DNA of 64,000 nt, from the NCBI RefSeq assembly GCF_009914755.1, contig NC_060946.1; one strand, given 5' to 3'. Positions 1 to 14,493 of this stretch are shown piece by piece; positions within the stretch are counted from its first letter, which is position 1; every line of letters begins with the position of its first letter. The position numbers and the translations under genes were made by a program. The DNA is from the human T2T-CHM13v2.0 reference genome, Homo sapiens. The notes beneath the pieces were generated by a model. It worked only from the letters and a program-made list of their open reading frames with translations. It was not told where the DNA came from and made no database searches.

Positions 1-405
1 GACAATGCTAATCCTTATTGCCAGGCTGCTCTGCGACCTATCAGAGGGAAAGCACATTTAGTTGATTATAACAAGGCCTGTGATGATATCAGAGATAATC
101 TACATAAAGCTACTTTGTTGGCACAGGCGATGGCAGGACTGAGAGTGGATAAAGGAAATACTCTATTTCCTGGAGCTTGTTTTAACTGTGGGAAGCATGG
201 TCATACTAAAAAGAATGTAAAAAAAAAAAAAAATCACCGAGTCAGGCCACTAGATAGGGGAAAAAACAAAACTGCTGATCCTGAAATATGTCCAAAATGT
301 AAAAAAGGAAAACTTTGGGCTAATCAGTGTCACTCTAAGTTTGATAAAGAAGGGAACCCGATTTTGGGAAACTCCCTGAGGGGCCCATCCCAGGCCCTGT
401 TCTAA
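1..405 (+). pseudogene. gag: HERV-K gag remnant (capsid C-terminus and nucleocapsid)
   Basis: CFNCGKHGH... and CPKCKKGKLWANQCHSK knuckles, an A-run frameshift, and the slippery heptamer GGGAAAC at 366-372 just before the gag stop. Confidence 0.88.
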
Positions 406-469
406 ACCAGGGCATTTCCATCTCAGGCCATTCCCTCACCCCCATACGTTATCTTTCCCCACCACAGCC

Positions 470-1300
470 CATAGTGCTGCAGTAGATCCATGCTGCACAA
501 AAGCTGTGAGCCTTCTGCCTGGGGAACCCCCGCAAAAGGTCCCAACAGGAGTCTGTGGACTGTTGCGAGCAGGGACAATGGGATTACTTTTAGGAAGGTC
601 TAGTTTAAGTTTAAAAGGGGTACAAATACACACTGGAGTCATTGATTCAGATTACAATGAGGAAATTCAAATTGTGATATTTAGTTCTGTTCCCTGGAAA
701 GCACAGCCAGGAGTGCGCATAGCACAGCTCCTGAGTGAGCCGTATGTGGGAATGGGAAAAAGTGAAATTAAATGAACTGGAGGATTTGGAAGCACAAATA
801 AAAAAGGCAAGGCAGCTTATTGGGTAAATCAAATTACTGATAAACATCCTATCTGTGAAATAACTATCCAGGGAAAGAACTTTAAAGGTTTGGTAGATAC
901 TATTTTTTTTTTTTTGGTAGGAGTGGACATTTCAATTATTTCTCTACAGCACTGGCTGTCCATGTGGCCAATTCAGCCCACTCAATTTAACACAGTGGAA
1001 ACTGCTAAAGCTCCAGAAGTGTATCAGAGTAGCTATACTTTGCATTGTGAAGGGCCCAATGGACAACCTGGGACTGTTCAACCAATTGCAACTTCTGTAC
1101 CTATAAATTTATGGGGGAGAGATTTATTATGACAATGGGGAGCACAAGTTCTAATTCCATAACAATTATACAGCCCTCAAAGTCAACATATGATGCACGA
1201 AATGGGGCATGTCCCTGGTATAGGAGTAGAAAAAAAATTGCAAGGTTTGAAAGAACTGCTTCAAACGGAAAGACAAAGTTCCTGCCAAAGATTAGGATAC
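470..1300 (+). pseudogene. pro: HERV-K dUTPase-protease (pro) remnant with C-terminal G-patch
   Basis: dUTPase motifs GLLLGRSS, GVIDSDY, RIAQLL and TGGFGST; protease LVDT[insert]GVDIS and NLWGRDLL; G-patch-like MMHEMGHVPGIG at about 1190-1250. Confidence 0.88.
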
Positions 1301-1304
1301 CATT

Positions 1305-2290
1305 TTTGATGGTGGCCATAGTTAAGCCTCCAGAACCTATACCTTTAAAATGGTTAACAGATAAGCCAATTTGGATAGAATAATGGCTGCTAAGCAAAGG
1401 GAAACTGGATGCTTTAGAGAAATTAGTTACTGAACAATTAGAAAATGGGCACATAGCGCCAACATTTTCCCCTTGGAATTCTCCAGTTTTCATAATTAAG
1501 AAAAAATCAGGTAAATGGAGAATGTTAACTGACTTAAGAGCCATCAATTCAGTTATACAACCTATGGAAATATAACAGCCAGGATTCCCTTCTCTACTAT
1601 AATTCCAAAAAATTGGCCTTTAATAGTCACAGATTTAAAAGACTGTTTCTTTACTACCCTTTTAGCTGAGCAAGACTGTGAACGGTTTGCATTTACAATT
1701 CCTGCAGTAAACAACCTGCAGCCTGCTAAGCTTTTTCATTGTTTCACAGATGGGTCTAGTAATGGTAAAGGTTCTTATTCTGGATCAAAAGCTAAAGTTT
1801 TCCAGACACCCTATACTTCAGCTCAAAAGGCGGAGCTTGTAGCTGTAATTGAGGTGTTGGCTGCTTTTGATATGCCTGTTAATGTGATTTCTGATTCTTC
1901 ATACATGGGTCATTCCACACAGTTAATTGAAAATGCTCAGTTAAGATTTCATACAGACGAACAACTGATAATAAAAACAAAAAAGGGGGAGAAACAGGGA
2001 TTACGGGATAGCCCATACACAATTGAATCTTGCATTATTAACTTTCAAATTTTTGAGCCTGCCCAAAGGCCAGATGTTACCAGCAGCTGAACAGCATCTA
2101 CAGAAACCAGCTGCAAAGACAGAAGCAGAACAACTGGTTTGGTGGAGAGATCCAATAACAAAAAGTTGGGAAATAGGTAAAATTATAACTTGGCATAGAG
2201 GTTATGCTTGTGTTTCTCCAGGACCGAATCAACAACTGATTTAGATACCATCAAGACACCTGAAATTTTATCATGAGCCAGATGCTGAGG
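1305..2290 (+). pseudogene. pol: HERV-K pol remnant with two large internal deletions
   Basis: RT motifs [24 protein letters not shown] and DLKDCFF join directly to RNase H FTDGSSNG...SAQKAEL...SDSSY, which joins the integrase C-terminus (VWWRDPITKSWEIGKIITW.RGYACV). YMDD and the integrase HHCC/DDE core are absent. Confidence 0.85.
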
Positions 2291-2331
2291 AAGAGAGAAA
2301 AAGCACAATCATCATTGAAATTAGAGCTTCT

Positions 2332-2550
2332 GGCTGGGCGCGGTGGCTCACGTCTGTAATCCCAGCACTCTGGAAGGCCGAGGTGGGCGGATCACAAGGT
2401 CAGGAGATAGAGACCATCCTGGCTAACACGGCAAAACCCCGCCTCTACTAAAAATACAAAAAATTAGCTGGGTGAGGTGGCGGGCGCCTATAGTCCCAGC
2501 TACTCAGGAGGCTGAGGCAGGAGAATGGTGTGAACCCAGGAGGCAAAACT
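2332..2550 (+). mobile_element. Alu (AluY-like), 3'-truncated
   Basis: GGCTGGGCGCGGTGGCTCAC start and AluY-type GAGACCATCCTGGCTAACACGG; breaks off in the right arm. Confidence 0.9.
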
Positions 2551-2667
2551 TCAGGTTTTGCCAAGAATGACACTGTAAATGTAACAAAGCTTCTGTGCTT
2601 GTTAGTGAACAACAAATCAGCTACTCTCCTGTATTCGGAGATCAGGATGAAATGAAAAGAACAAGCA

Positions 2668-2968
<301 letters not shown>

Positions 2969-3645
2969 GACCCCCAACCTTGTCTAGACTGTGGGGTTTC
3001 AGTTTCACCCCAGGGGGGTCCTGGTTGGGTTAGAACCCTGAATCTGGTTTGAGTTGGTATCCTAAAGAATAAAGGGAATAAAGGCTGTAGCCACTAAGCT
3101 ACTCAATCTGGTCCGGTTCTGGCTTTTGTGTGTCTGTCTGTATTTTTGGTCTAAATATTTGGCCCAACAGAGGTTAAAGGCTTTGATGTTCTCAGCAAAA
3201 GCCTTGAGATCTCTAGTTTATCTGTGTGCTCAACTGGAACAAAGAGACTCCATAAACTAGAAAAAACTAAAGAAAATGGCACGTGTGAAAAAATGAGAGC
3301 CAACTCCTGTTTGTTGTTCTGTCCACCTCCCTCTCTCACTCCTCCTTCTGCCTTTGCTGTGGTCCCATGGTGTTTCTGTCTTTCTGGGGACCTGAGATTC
3401 AGTGTAGGAGTGAAGTCCATGATTTTAAAGCCTTCATGTCTCTGCTTTTTAACTCTGCCTGCTTTGCTGAGCTCTTATAATGAGAAATAAACCATTCAGA
3501 ACAGAAACAACAGGGCATCAGAAAACCAACTTCAGGCAGCGCTCCGGCAAGTACCTCCCTAGAGGGGAAGGGCCTACTAAAGGAGATTTAATCTTGAAAA
3601 GGCCAAAATGAGAAGCTCTAACCTTAAGCTTGCTAGGTTTTCTAG

Positions 3646-4343
<698 letters not shown>

Positions 4344-4585
4344 TCTAGTGCACACTTTAAACCTGATGGCCAAATTACATGAAAGAAAATTCAGAACTCA
4401 AATAGTTACTATTTTTAAAAACCCTAAAGTGAAAAAGTCTCAGTTCTTTTGCCTATCTATTTTTTTTTTCCCTGCCTACTTTGAATCTGCTGATTTGTCT
4501 ACTGGTGTTGAGATAAGACTTACTGTCTGTGGTGTTACTAATTCAAGGTCACTTGGCTGAAGAAAAACAAAAGAATGAAACAATT

Positions 4586-4902
<317 letters not shown>

Positions 4903-5386
4903 AAAAGAGTTCTTTTATAAATACAAATAATTTAAAAAGTATTGATAAAATAAAAATAGAAAATAGAAATCTCTTCAGACTTGTCAGCATACATTTTTGA
5001 CTGTGTTTTATATTTACATTTGCTAGATATTTTAAGGTGCTAGGGTTTGGCATGAAGGTTATAAAGCTATAAACACAAGAAAAAAGAATATTTGTTTATG
5101 TGATTTTTTAAATACATAAGACCAATTTAATATGTTTTGTTGAACAAAAATAATGGAATTTTCTGAGTTATTGGTAAAATACCCATGTATTTAACTTTGA
5201 AGTCCTCACTTACGTGAACTCCTGATATTCACAGGCTATAACATGGTTAACAAGAAAATAACCTAGAAATGATGACTAGCTTTGTCTAATACCTCAGTTC
5301 TCACAAATACTCTAGATAAACTGTCAAAAATAAGTAAATGTAAATGGATAAATGTCTATACAAGACATCTTAATGTATTTTTGAAA

Positions 5387-5660
5387 TTTTTTTGAGACAG
5401 TGTCTCTGTCTGTCACCCAGGCTGAAGTGCAGTGGCATGATCACAGCTCACTGCAACCTTGACCTTCTGCTCTCAAGGGATCCACCCACCTCAGCCTCCC
5501 ATGTAGCTGTTAATTACAGGCATACACCACCATGGTCAGCTAACTTTTATTTTTTTTGTAGAGTCAGCATCTCACTATTTTGCTCAGGCTGGTTTCATGA
5601 TACTCCTGCCTAGGCCTCCTAAAGTGTTGGGATTACAGGTGTGAGCCACCATGCCCAGCC
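5387..5660 (-). mobile_element. Alu (AluJ-like)
   Basis: Diverged reverse Alu. Confidence 0.88.
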
Positions 5661-5746
5661 TATTTTTGAAATTTTAGTTATGTTAAATTAAATAATAGAT
5701 ACTCATTAAATATCTGGGTTATTTCCAATTTAAAACTTATGTTTTA

Positions 5747-6037
<291 letters not shown>

Positions 6038-7207
6038 TATGTTTTAGGAACACATAATTCTAAATTATGAAATTATTCTCATATGTAAGATACTGCTATA
6101 TGACAATTCCAGATTTCTTGCTTCCTAGGTTTTTTATTAAAATAAGGGTTACTAAGTGTTAATATCTTGCTAGATATGTGTGATTAAGACTACTAGATAC
6201 AAGAGAAACAATTCTGTATGCAAAATGTATACCGGTTTTTGTTTCAGAGAAAGTAAATTCACTTAGAGATTTTTAAGGATTATTTTAAATTGAAGGAATA
6301 AAAAAGATAGATAAAACTACATGTGTGTAAAAAGTTGGGAAAGATGAAAAAATTATACAAGGTTATTAAGAGTTTATGTAAATCTTACATCGAGGCCAAA
6401 ACTGATTGAGATCAGATAGATTGTTTATAAAGTTTATTTAAATTAGCTATAATATTAAAAACAGTGATAAAAAACTAAAAATTTTGGTTAAAACAACAAG
6501 GTTTTCTTAATGTATTTATTTGCTCATAATAAGAGGTAATAAATATTGACTTTTAATCCTGAAATCTGTTACTATAAAAACTTTTCAGATTTGTATATCA
6601 GAAGTTCAACTTTTCCTGTACTTTCATGTTACACATGACTCACAGATCACATCACTGTCTCCTGTTCCTTCTTGAGAAGGAATAAAAGGCTTGGGTTTCC
6701 TGCTTGGCTGGGATGATAACTCCTTCAGCTTTTTCATCAGGTCTTATTTTATACTATTGGCTTTTAAATATGTCTTAATTACTTCATGTAACCAGGAAAC
6801 TTTCTTGCTATCATTGTGAGCTATGGATCCCCACTGCTCTATGCTCTGGTTTTCCTGTTGACATTCCTTTGTAATATTATGCTCACTCATGACCCTGGAC
6901 ACACTCTTTCTATGTCTAATTAAATTCAAGTCTCCTTGTCATCGGAATTGACTTCCAAGTGATTTAAATTAGCTTCCCGTAAGAAGACACAGTTATGCCA
7001 CAGGAGTTTTACCCTTTAAATGACTGGCCTGTAATAAAGATTTTAGGTTTTATCAAGATAATCCATGTGTTGCCTTTATTTTTTTTTAATTACTTGGGAA
7101 AACTGAGGGTTTTCAGTTATCACATCCATGTAACCTTCTACGTTGCTTTTGATGTCTTTTGGTTGTCATTCTAATTAAATGAATGACTGTTATTTAAAAA
7201 TGACATG

Positions 7208-7512
7208 TGTCTGTGTGCAGCGGCTCATGTCTGTAATTCCGGCCCTTTGGGAGGCCAAGGTGTGTGGATCACTTGAGCCCAGGAGTTCAAGTCCAGCCTG
7301 GGCAAAATGGCAAAATCACATCTCTACTGAAAATACAAAAGCTAGCTATGTGTCGTAACAAGTGCTCATAGTCCTGGCTACTTGGGATACTAAGGTGGAG
7401 GATCACCTGAGTCTGGGAAGTTGAGGCTGCAGTGAGCCATGATTTCACCACTGCACTCCAGCCTGGGCAACAGGGTGAGACCCTGTCTCAAAAAAATAAT
7501 AAAATAAAAAAC
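7208..7512 (+). mobile_element. Alu (AluJ-like)
   Basis: Diverged dimer with A tail. Confidence 0.88.
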
Positions 7513-7625
7513 AATAAACTGTCATTCTGTTTTGGTCAAGTGTTTTCAATTTTTTGACATCTTTGCTAAATCTTAGTTGATAACATTGTATGGGAAGCAT
7601 TGCCAAAAGATAAGTAACACTAAAT

Positions 7626-7924
7626 CTTCTTTTTTTTTTTCTCCGAGACAGAATCTTGCTTTGTCACCCAGGCTGGAGTGCAGTGGCGTGATCTAGGTCC
7701 ATTGCAACCTCTGCCCCAAGGTTCAAGCGATTCTCCTGCCTCAACCTCCCAAGTAGCTGAGACTACAGACACATGCCACCACGCCCGGCTAATTTTGTAT
7801 TTTTAGTAGAGACAAGATTTCTCCATGTTGGCCAGGCTGGTGTCAAACTCCTGACCTCTGATGATCTGTCCAACTTGGTCTCCCAAAGTGTTGGGATTAC
7901 AGACATGAGCCACTGTGCCTGGCC
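7626..7924 (-). mobile_element. Alu (AluS-like)
   Basis: Reverse Alu flanked by TAAATCTTCTTTT on both sides. Confidence 0.92.
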
Positions 7925-8295
7925 TAAATCTTCTTTTGGTTACATTTATAGGTATATTATTAATATAAATATTTTAAATGTTATATAAATTATAAAAATC
8001 TAATATGGTATCAGTCATAATTTTGATGATGTTAAATATTCTCTAAAGTTGTATATGTATAGATATATTATTAATATAAATATTCTAAAGATTATATAAA
8101 ATTTGTGGATGTCTGATGGATCTGATGTGTTGCCGTCAGTCATGATTCTGGCTGTTATCTTAAAATGCTACATATAATAGAAATAACTAAATTTTCTCGC
8201 AGGTCGAGAACTTCCACTGGATTTTAACCAAAGGATATTCTAAGTTTTTGTCATCCACGGTGATTGTTTAAAGTTCTTCTCTAAAACCCTTTACA

Positions 8296-8636
8296 GGCCG
8301 GGCGTGCTGCTGGAGGCTGTGCAGGGCACAGTGCTGGGCGTGGTGCAGGGCACGGTGGCTCACACGTGTAAAAATCCCAGCACTTTGCAAGGCCGAGGTG
8401 GGTGAATTGCTTGAACTCAGAAGTTTGAAAGCATCCTGGGCAACATGGTAAAACCCTGTCTCTACAAAAATACAAAAATTAGCCAGCATGATGGTGCATG
8501 CCTATGGTCCCAACTACTTCGGAGGCTGAGGTAGGAGGATGGCTTGAGTTTGGGAGGGAGAAATTGTGGTGAGCCAAGATCATGCCACTGCACTCCATCC
8601 TGAGTGATAGAACCAGACCATGTCTCAAAAAAAAAA
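8296..8636 (+). mobile_element. Alu (AluJ-like) with stuttered 5' end
   Basis: Dimer preceded by several partial copies of the Alu 5' motif. Confidence 0.85.
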
Positions 8637-9682
8637 GCCTTTACAATCAGCTATCATCTAAATTACTTTTAATGGAAAGGACTCTGACAAGTTCTCTTAA
8701 ATATGGTTTCAGATAACTTTGGGGATCATACCATTGGACTAGGAAAATCTTCCAGGACTCTAAAAAGCTGAATGAGGATTTCCAATTGAAATCAAGCAAA
8801 ACACAAAAAACTGAATGAGAATTGCTATTTGAAATCAAGCAGAACAAGATTTAGTTACATTGGACTGAACTTATAAAAGAAGGAAAAGATTTTATTCATG
8901 GCCCTTCCATTGGAAACATTGTTGATTCTCTTTATGTTTTGTTTTCCAAAGTCAAGAATTTTTTTTCTTTTCAGCTATTTTTAACTTGCCCTACGTTAGA
9001 AAAACTACATTGTGAACAAAAATTTGAGCGATTTATCTGTCTCTCTCACTGATTTCTCCAGAATTCAGAAGCCATTCGTGAGCATTCCTAAATTATGGCA
9101 ATATAATTATTTGCATAATTTCAATAAGAATCTGTTTTTGGTAACAGGATTCAATTGGAGACACTGTTTGTTTTATCAAGGCTTTAACTCGAACGGCAGA
9201 TACAACCAGACCACTTTAAGGAATTGAGCTTGACTTTATAGCACCAATGCAAAGCCCCTTAGAATGACTGGCTTGGTGTCTTGTCTACAAGGGTCCTTTA
9301 CAAAGTTGCTGTCCTTGTGGTAAGAAGTAAAGAATGTCATTTTCTGACGGGCCCAGGAACCTCAAGTTATTTGGGGACCTTGAGAAGATAGGACTACACC
9401 CATTCATAAAAGTATTACAGGAGAGCTGGCAAGATGTCTGAATAGGAACAGCTCCGGTCTGCAGCACCCAGTGGGATCAACACAGAAGGCAGGTGGTTCA
9501 TGCATTTCCAACTGAGCCTCCACTGGTGATACCCAGGCAAACAGGGTCTGGAGTGGACCTCCAGCAAACTCGAGCAAACCTGCAGCAGAGGGACCTGACT
9601 GGTAGAAGGAAAACTAACAAACATAAAGGAATAGTATCAACATCACCAACATCAAAGTCCAAAGGTAGATAAATCCACAAAG

Positions 9683-10705
9683 ATGGGGAGAAACCAGTGC
9701 AAAAAGGCTGAAAACTCCAAAAACCAGAATGCCTCTTCTCCTGCAGAAGATCACAACTCCCCACCAGCAAGAGAACAAAACTGGACAGACAATGAGTTTG
9801 ATGGATTGACAGAAGTAGGCTTCAGAAGGCGGGTAATAACAAACTCCTCCAAGCTAAAGGAGCGTGTTCTAACCCAATGCAAGGAAGCTAAGAGCCTGAA
9901 AAAAAAGGTAGGACGAATTGTTAACTAGAATAACCAGTTTAGAGAAGAATATAAATGACCTGATGGAGCTGAAAAACCCAGCACAAGAACTTCATGAAGC
10001 ATACACAAGTATCAATAGCTGAATCAATCAAGCAGGAGAAAGAATATCAGAGATTGAAGATCAACTCAATGAAATAAAGCAAGAAGAAAAGATTCGAGAA
10101 AAAAGAGTGAAAGAAATGAACAAAGCCTCCAAGAAATAGAGGAATATGTTAAAACACTGAATCTATGTTTGATTCGTGTACATGAAAGTGACAGAGAGAA
10201 TGGAACCAAGTTGGAAAACACTCTCAAGGATATTATCCAGGAGAACTTCCCCAACCTAGCAAGACAGGCCAACATTCAAATTCAGGAAATACAGAGAACA
10301 CCACTAAGATATTCCTCAAGAAGAGCAACCCCAAGACACAAAATCATCAGATTCACCAAGGTTGAAATGAAGGAAAAAATATAAAGGGCAGCCAGAGAGA
10401 AAGGTTGAGTTACCCACAAAGGGAAGCCCATCAGACTAACAGTGGATCTCTTGGCAGAAAGCCTACAAGCCAGAAGAGAGTGGGGGCCAATATACAACAT
10501 TCCTAAAGAAAAGAATTTTCAAGCCAGAATTTCATATCCAGGCAAACTAAGCTTCATAATTGAAGTAGAAATAAAATCCTTTACAAGCAAATGCTGAGAG
10601 ATATTGTCACCACCAGGCCTGCCTTACAAGAACTCCTGAAGGAAGCACTAAACGTGGAAAGGAACAGCTGGTAACAGCCACTGCAAAAACATAACAAATT
10701 ATAAA
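9683..10705 (+). pseudogene. L1 ORF1p remnant
   Basis: MGRNQCKKAENSKNQNASSP... and ENGTKLENTLKDIIQENFPNLARQANIQIQEIQRTP; broken by frameshifts and stops. Confidence 0.92.
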
Positions 10706-10767
10706 GACCATTGACACTATGAAAAATCTGCATCAACTAATGAGCAAAATAACCAGCTAGTATCATA

Positions 10768-13700
10768 ATGACAGGATCAAATTCATACATAACAATATTA
10801 ACCTTAAATGTAAATGAGCTAAATGCCCCCAATTGAAAGACACAAACTGGCAAATTGGATAAAGAGTCAAGACCCATCAATGTGCTGTACTCAGGAGACC
10901 AATCTCATACACATAGGCTCAAAATAAAGGGATGGAGGAACATTTACCAAGCAAGTGGAAAGCAACAAAAGGCAGGGGTTGCAATCCTAGTTTCTGATAA
11001 AACAGATCTTAAGCCAACAGAGATCAAAAGAGACAAAGAAGGGCACTACATAATGGTAAAGGGATCAATGCAACAAGAAGAGCTAACTATCCTAGAGATA
11101 TATGCACCCAATACAGGAGCACTCAGATTCATAAAGCAAGTTCTTAAAGACCTACAAAGAGACTTAGACTCCCACACAATAATAGTGGGAGACTTTAACA
11201 CTCCACTGTCAATATTAGATCAATGAGACAGAAAATTAACAAGAATATCCAGGACTTGAACTCAGTTCTGGACCAAGTGGACCTAAAAGATATCTACAGA
11301 ACTCTCCACCCCAAATCAATAGAATATACCTTCTTCTCAGCACCACATTGCACTTATTCTAAAATTGACCACATAATTGGAAGTAAAACTCTCCTCAGGA
11401 AATGCAAAAGAATGGAAATCATAACAAACAGTCTCTCAGACCACAATGCATTCAAATTAGTATGCAGGATTAAGAAACTCACTCAAAACCTCACAACTAC
11501 ATGGAAACTGGGTAACCTGATCCTGAATGACTACTGGGTAAATAAAGAATTGAAGGCAGAAATAAAAATGTTCTTCGAAACCAATGAGAACAAAGACACA
11601 ACGTCCCAGAATCTCTGGGACACATTTAAAGCAGTGTGTAGAGGGAAATTTATAGCACTAAATGTCCACAAGAGAAAGCAGGAAAGATCTAAAATTGACA
11701 CCTTAACATGAAAATTAAAAGAACTAGAGAAGCAAGAACAAACAAATTCAAAAGCTAGCAGAAGACAAGACACAAATAAGATCAGAGCAGAATTGAAGGA
11801 GATAGAGACACGAAAAACCCTTCAAAAAATCAATGAATCCAGGAGCTGGTTTTTTGAAAAGATCAACAAATCAGACCACTAGCCAGACTAATAAAGAAGA
11901 AAAGAGAGAAGAATCAAATAGATGCAATAAAACATGATTAAGGGGATATCACCACTGATCCCACAGAAATACATATTATCATCAGAGAATACTACCAAGA
12001 CTAAACCAGGAAGAAGTGAAATTCCTGAATAGACCAATAACAAGTTCTGAAATTGAGGCATTAATTATAGCCTACCAACCAAAAAAATTCCAGGACCAGA
12101 TGGATTCACAGCCGAATTCTACTAGAGGTACAAAGAGGAGCTGGTACCATTCCTTCTGAAACTATTCCAAACAATAGAAAAAGAGAGAATCCTCCCTAAT
12201 TCATTTTATGAGGTCAGCATCACCTTGATACCAAAACCTCGCAGGGACACAACAAAAAAAGAAAACTTTAGACCAATATCCCTGATGAACATTGATGCAG
12301 AAATCCTGAATAAAATACTGGAAAACTGAATCCAGCAGCACATCAAAAAGCTTGTCCACCATGATCAAGTCGGCTTCACCCCTGGGATGCAAGGGTGGTT
12401 CAACATATGCAAATCAATAAATGTAATCCATCACATAAAGGGAACCAATGACAAAAACTGCATGATTATCTCAATAGATGCAGAAAGAGCCTTTGACAAA
12501 ATTCAACAACCTTTCATGCTAAAAACTCTCAATAAACTGGTATTGATGGAAAGTATCTCAAAATAATAAGTGCTATTTATGACAAACCCACAGCCAGTAA
12601 CATACTGAATGTGCAAAAACTGGAAGCATTCCCTTTGAAAATCAGCACAAGACAAGGATACCCTCTCTCACTACTCCTATTCAACATAGTATTGGAAGTT
12701 CTGGCCAGGGCAATCAGGCAAGAGAAAGAAATAAAGGGTATTCAATTAGGAAAAGAGGAAGTCAAATGGTCTCTGTTTGCAGATGACATGATTGTATATT
12801 TAGAAAACCCCATCATCTCAGCCCAAAATCTCCTTAAGCTGATAAGCAACTTCAGCAAAGTTTCAGGATACAAAATCAATGTGCAAAAATCACAAGCATT
12901 CCTATACATCAATAACAGACAAACAGAGAGCCAAGCTGTGAGTGAACTCCCATTCACCATTGCTATAAAAAGAATGAGATACCTAGGAATACAACTTACA
13001 AGGATGTGAAGGACCTCTTCAAGGAGAACTACAAACCACTCCTCAAGGAAATAAGAGAGGACACAAACAAATGGAAAATCATTCCATGCTCATAGATAAG
13101 AAGAATCAGTATCGTGAAAGTGACCTACTGCCCAAAGTAATTTATAGATTCACTGCTATCCCCATGAAAATGCCATTGACTTTCTCCACGGAATTGGAAA
13201 AATGTACTTTAAATTTCATATGGAATCAAAAAAGAGCCCGAATAGCCAAGACAATCCTAACCAAAAAGAACAAAGCTGGAAGCATCATGCCACCTGACTT
13301 CAAACTATACTACAAGCTATGGTAACCAAAACAGCATGGTACTGGTATGAAAACAGATATATAGATCAAAGGAACAGAACAGAGGCCTCAGAAATAGCAC
13401 CACACATCTACAACCATCTGATCTTTGACAAACCTGAGAAAAACGAGCACTGGGGAAAGGATTCCCTATTTAATAAATGGTGTTGGGAAAACTGGCTAGC
13501 CATAGGCAGAAAGCTGAAACTGGATCCCTTCCTTACACCTTATACAAAAATTAACTCAAGATGGGTTAAAGACTTAAACATAAGACCTAAAGCCATAAAA
13601 ACCGTAGAGGAAAACCTAGGCAATACCATTCAGGACATAGGCATGGGCAAAGACTTCATGACTAAAACACCAAAAACAAAGGCAACAAAAGCCAAAATTG

Positions 13701-14493
13701 ACAAATGGGACCTAATTAAACTAAAGAGTTTCTGGACAGCAAAAGAAACTATCAGAGTGAACGGGCAACCTACAAAATGGGAGAAAATTTTTGCAGTCTA
13801 TCCATCTGACAAAGGGCTAATATCCAGAATCTACAAAGAACTTAAACAAATTTGCAAGATAAAACAACCCCATTGAAAAGTGGGCAAAGGATGTGAACAG
13901 ACACTTCTCAAAAGAGGACAATTATGCAACCAACAAACTTATAAAAAAGCTCATCATCACTAGTCATTAGAGAAATGCAAATCAAAACCACAATGAGATA
14001 CCATCTCATGCCAGTTAGAATGGCGAAAATTAAAAAGTCAGGAAACAACAAATACTGGAGAGAGTGTGGAGAAATAGGAAGGCTTTTACACTGTTGGTGG
14101 GAGTGTAAATTAGTTCAACCATTGTGGAAGACAGTGTGGCTATTCCTCAAGGATCTAGAACTAGAAATACCGTTTGGCCCAGCAATCCCATTACTGGGTA
14201 TATACCCAAAGGATTATAAATCATTCTACTATAAAGACACATGCACATGTATGTTTATTGCAGGACTGTTCACAATAACAAAGACTTGAAACCAACCCAA
14301 ATGCCCATCAATGATAGATTGAATAAAGAAAATGTGGCACATATACACCATGGAATACTATGCAGCCATAAAAAACGATGAGTTCATGTCCTTTGCAGGG
14401 ACATGGAAGAAGCTGGAAACCATCATTCTCAGCAAACTAACACAAGAACAGAAAACCAAACACCACATGTTCTCACTCATAAGTGGGAGTTGA
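10768..14493 (+). pseudogene. L1 ORF2p remnant (endonuclease, RT, Cys-rich domain)
   Basis: ATG ACA GGA TCA at 10768; EN motifs GDFNTPLS and SDHNA; [11 protein letters not shown]; [13 protein letters not shown]. Multiple disruptions plus a short deletion near 11995. Confidence 0.93.

Larger units (their letters stand above)
1..2290 (+). mobile_element. HERV-K (betaretrovirus-like, probably HML-3/HERVK9-int) internal fragment: 3' gag, dUTPase-pro, internally deleted pol; env and 3' LTR absent
   Basis: Two Gag zinc knuckles, dUTPase motifs, protease, G-patch, RT N-half, RNase H start and integrase C-terminus occur in retroviral order, with many stops and frameshifts. The HML-3 assignment is from memory. 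Confidence 0.9.

Noticed and set aside
11985-12005. Short ORF2 deletion as a second splice event
   Set aside because: From the recalled consensus the deleted segment does not start GT or end AG, so it looks like an ordinary deletion.
9683-14493. Potentially active L1
   Set aside because: Both ORFs have multiple stops and frameshifts, and most of the promoter is missing.
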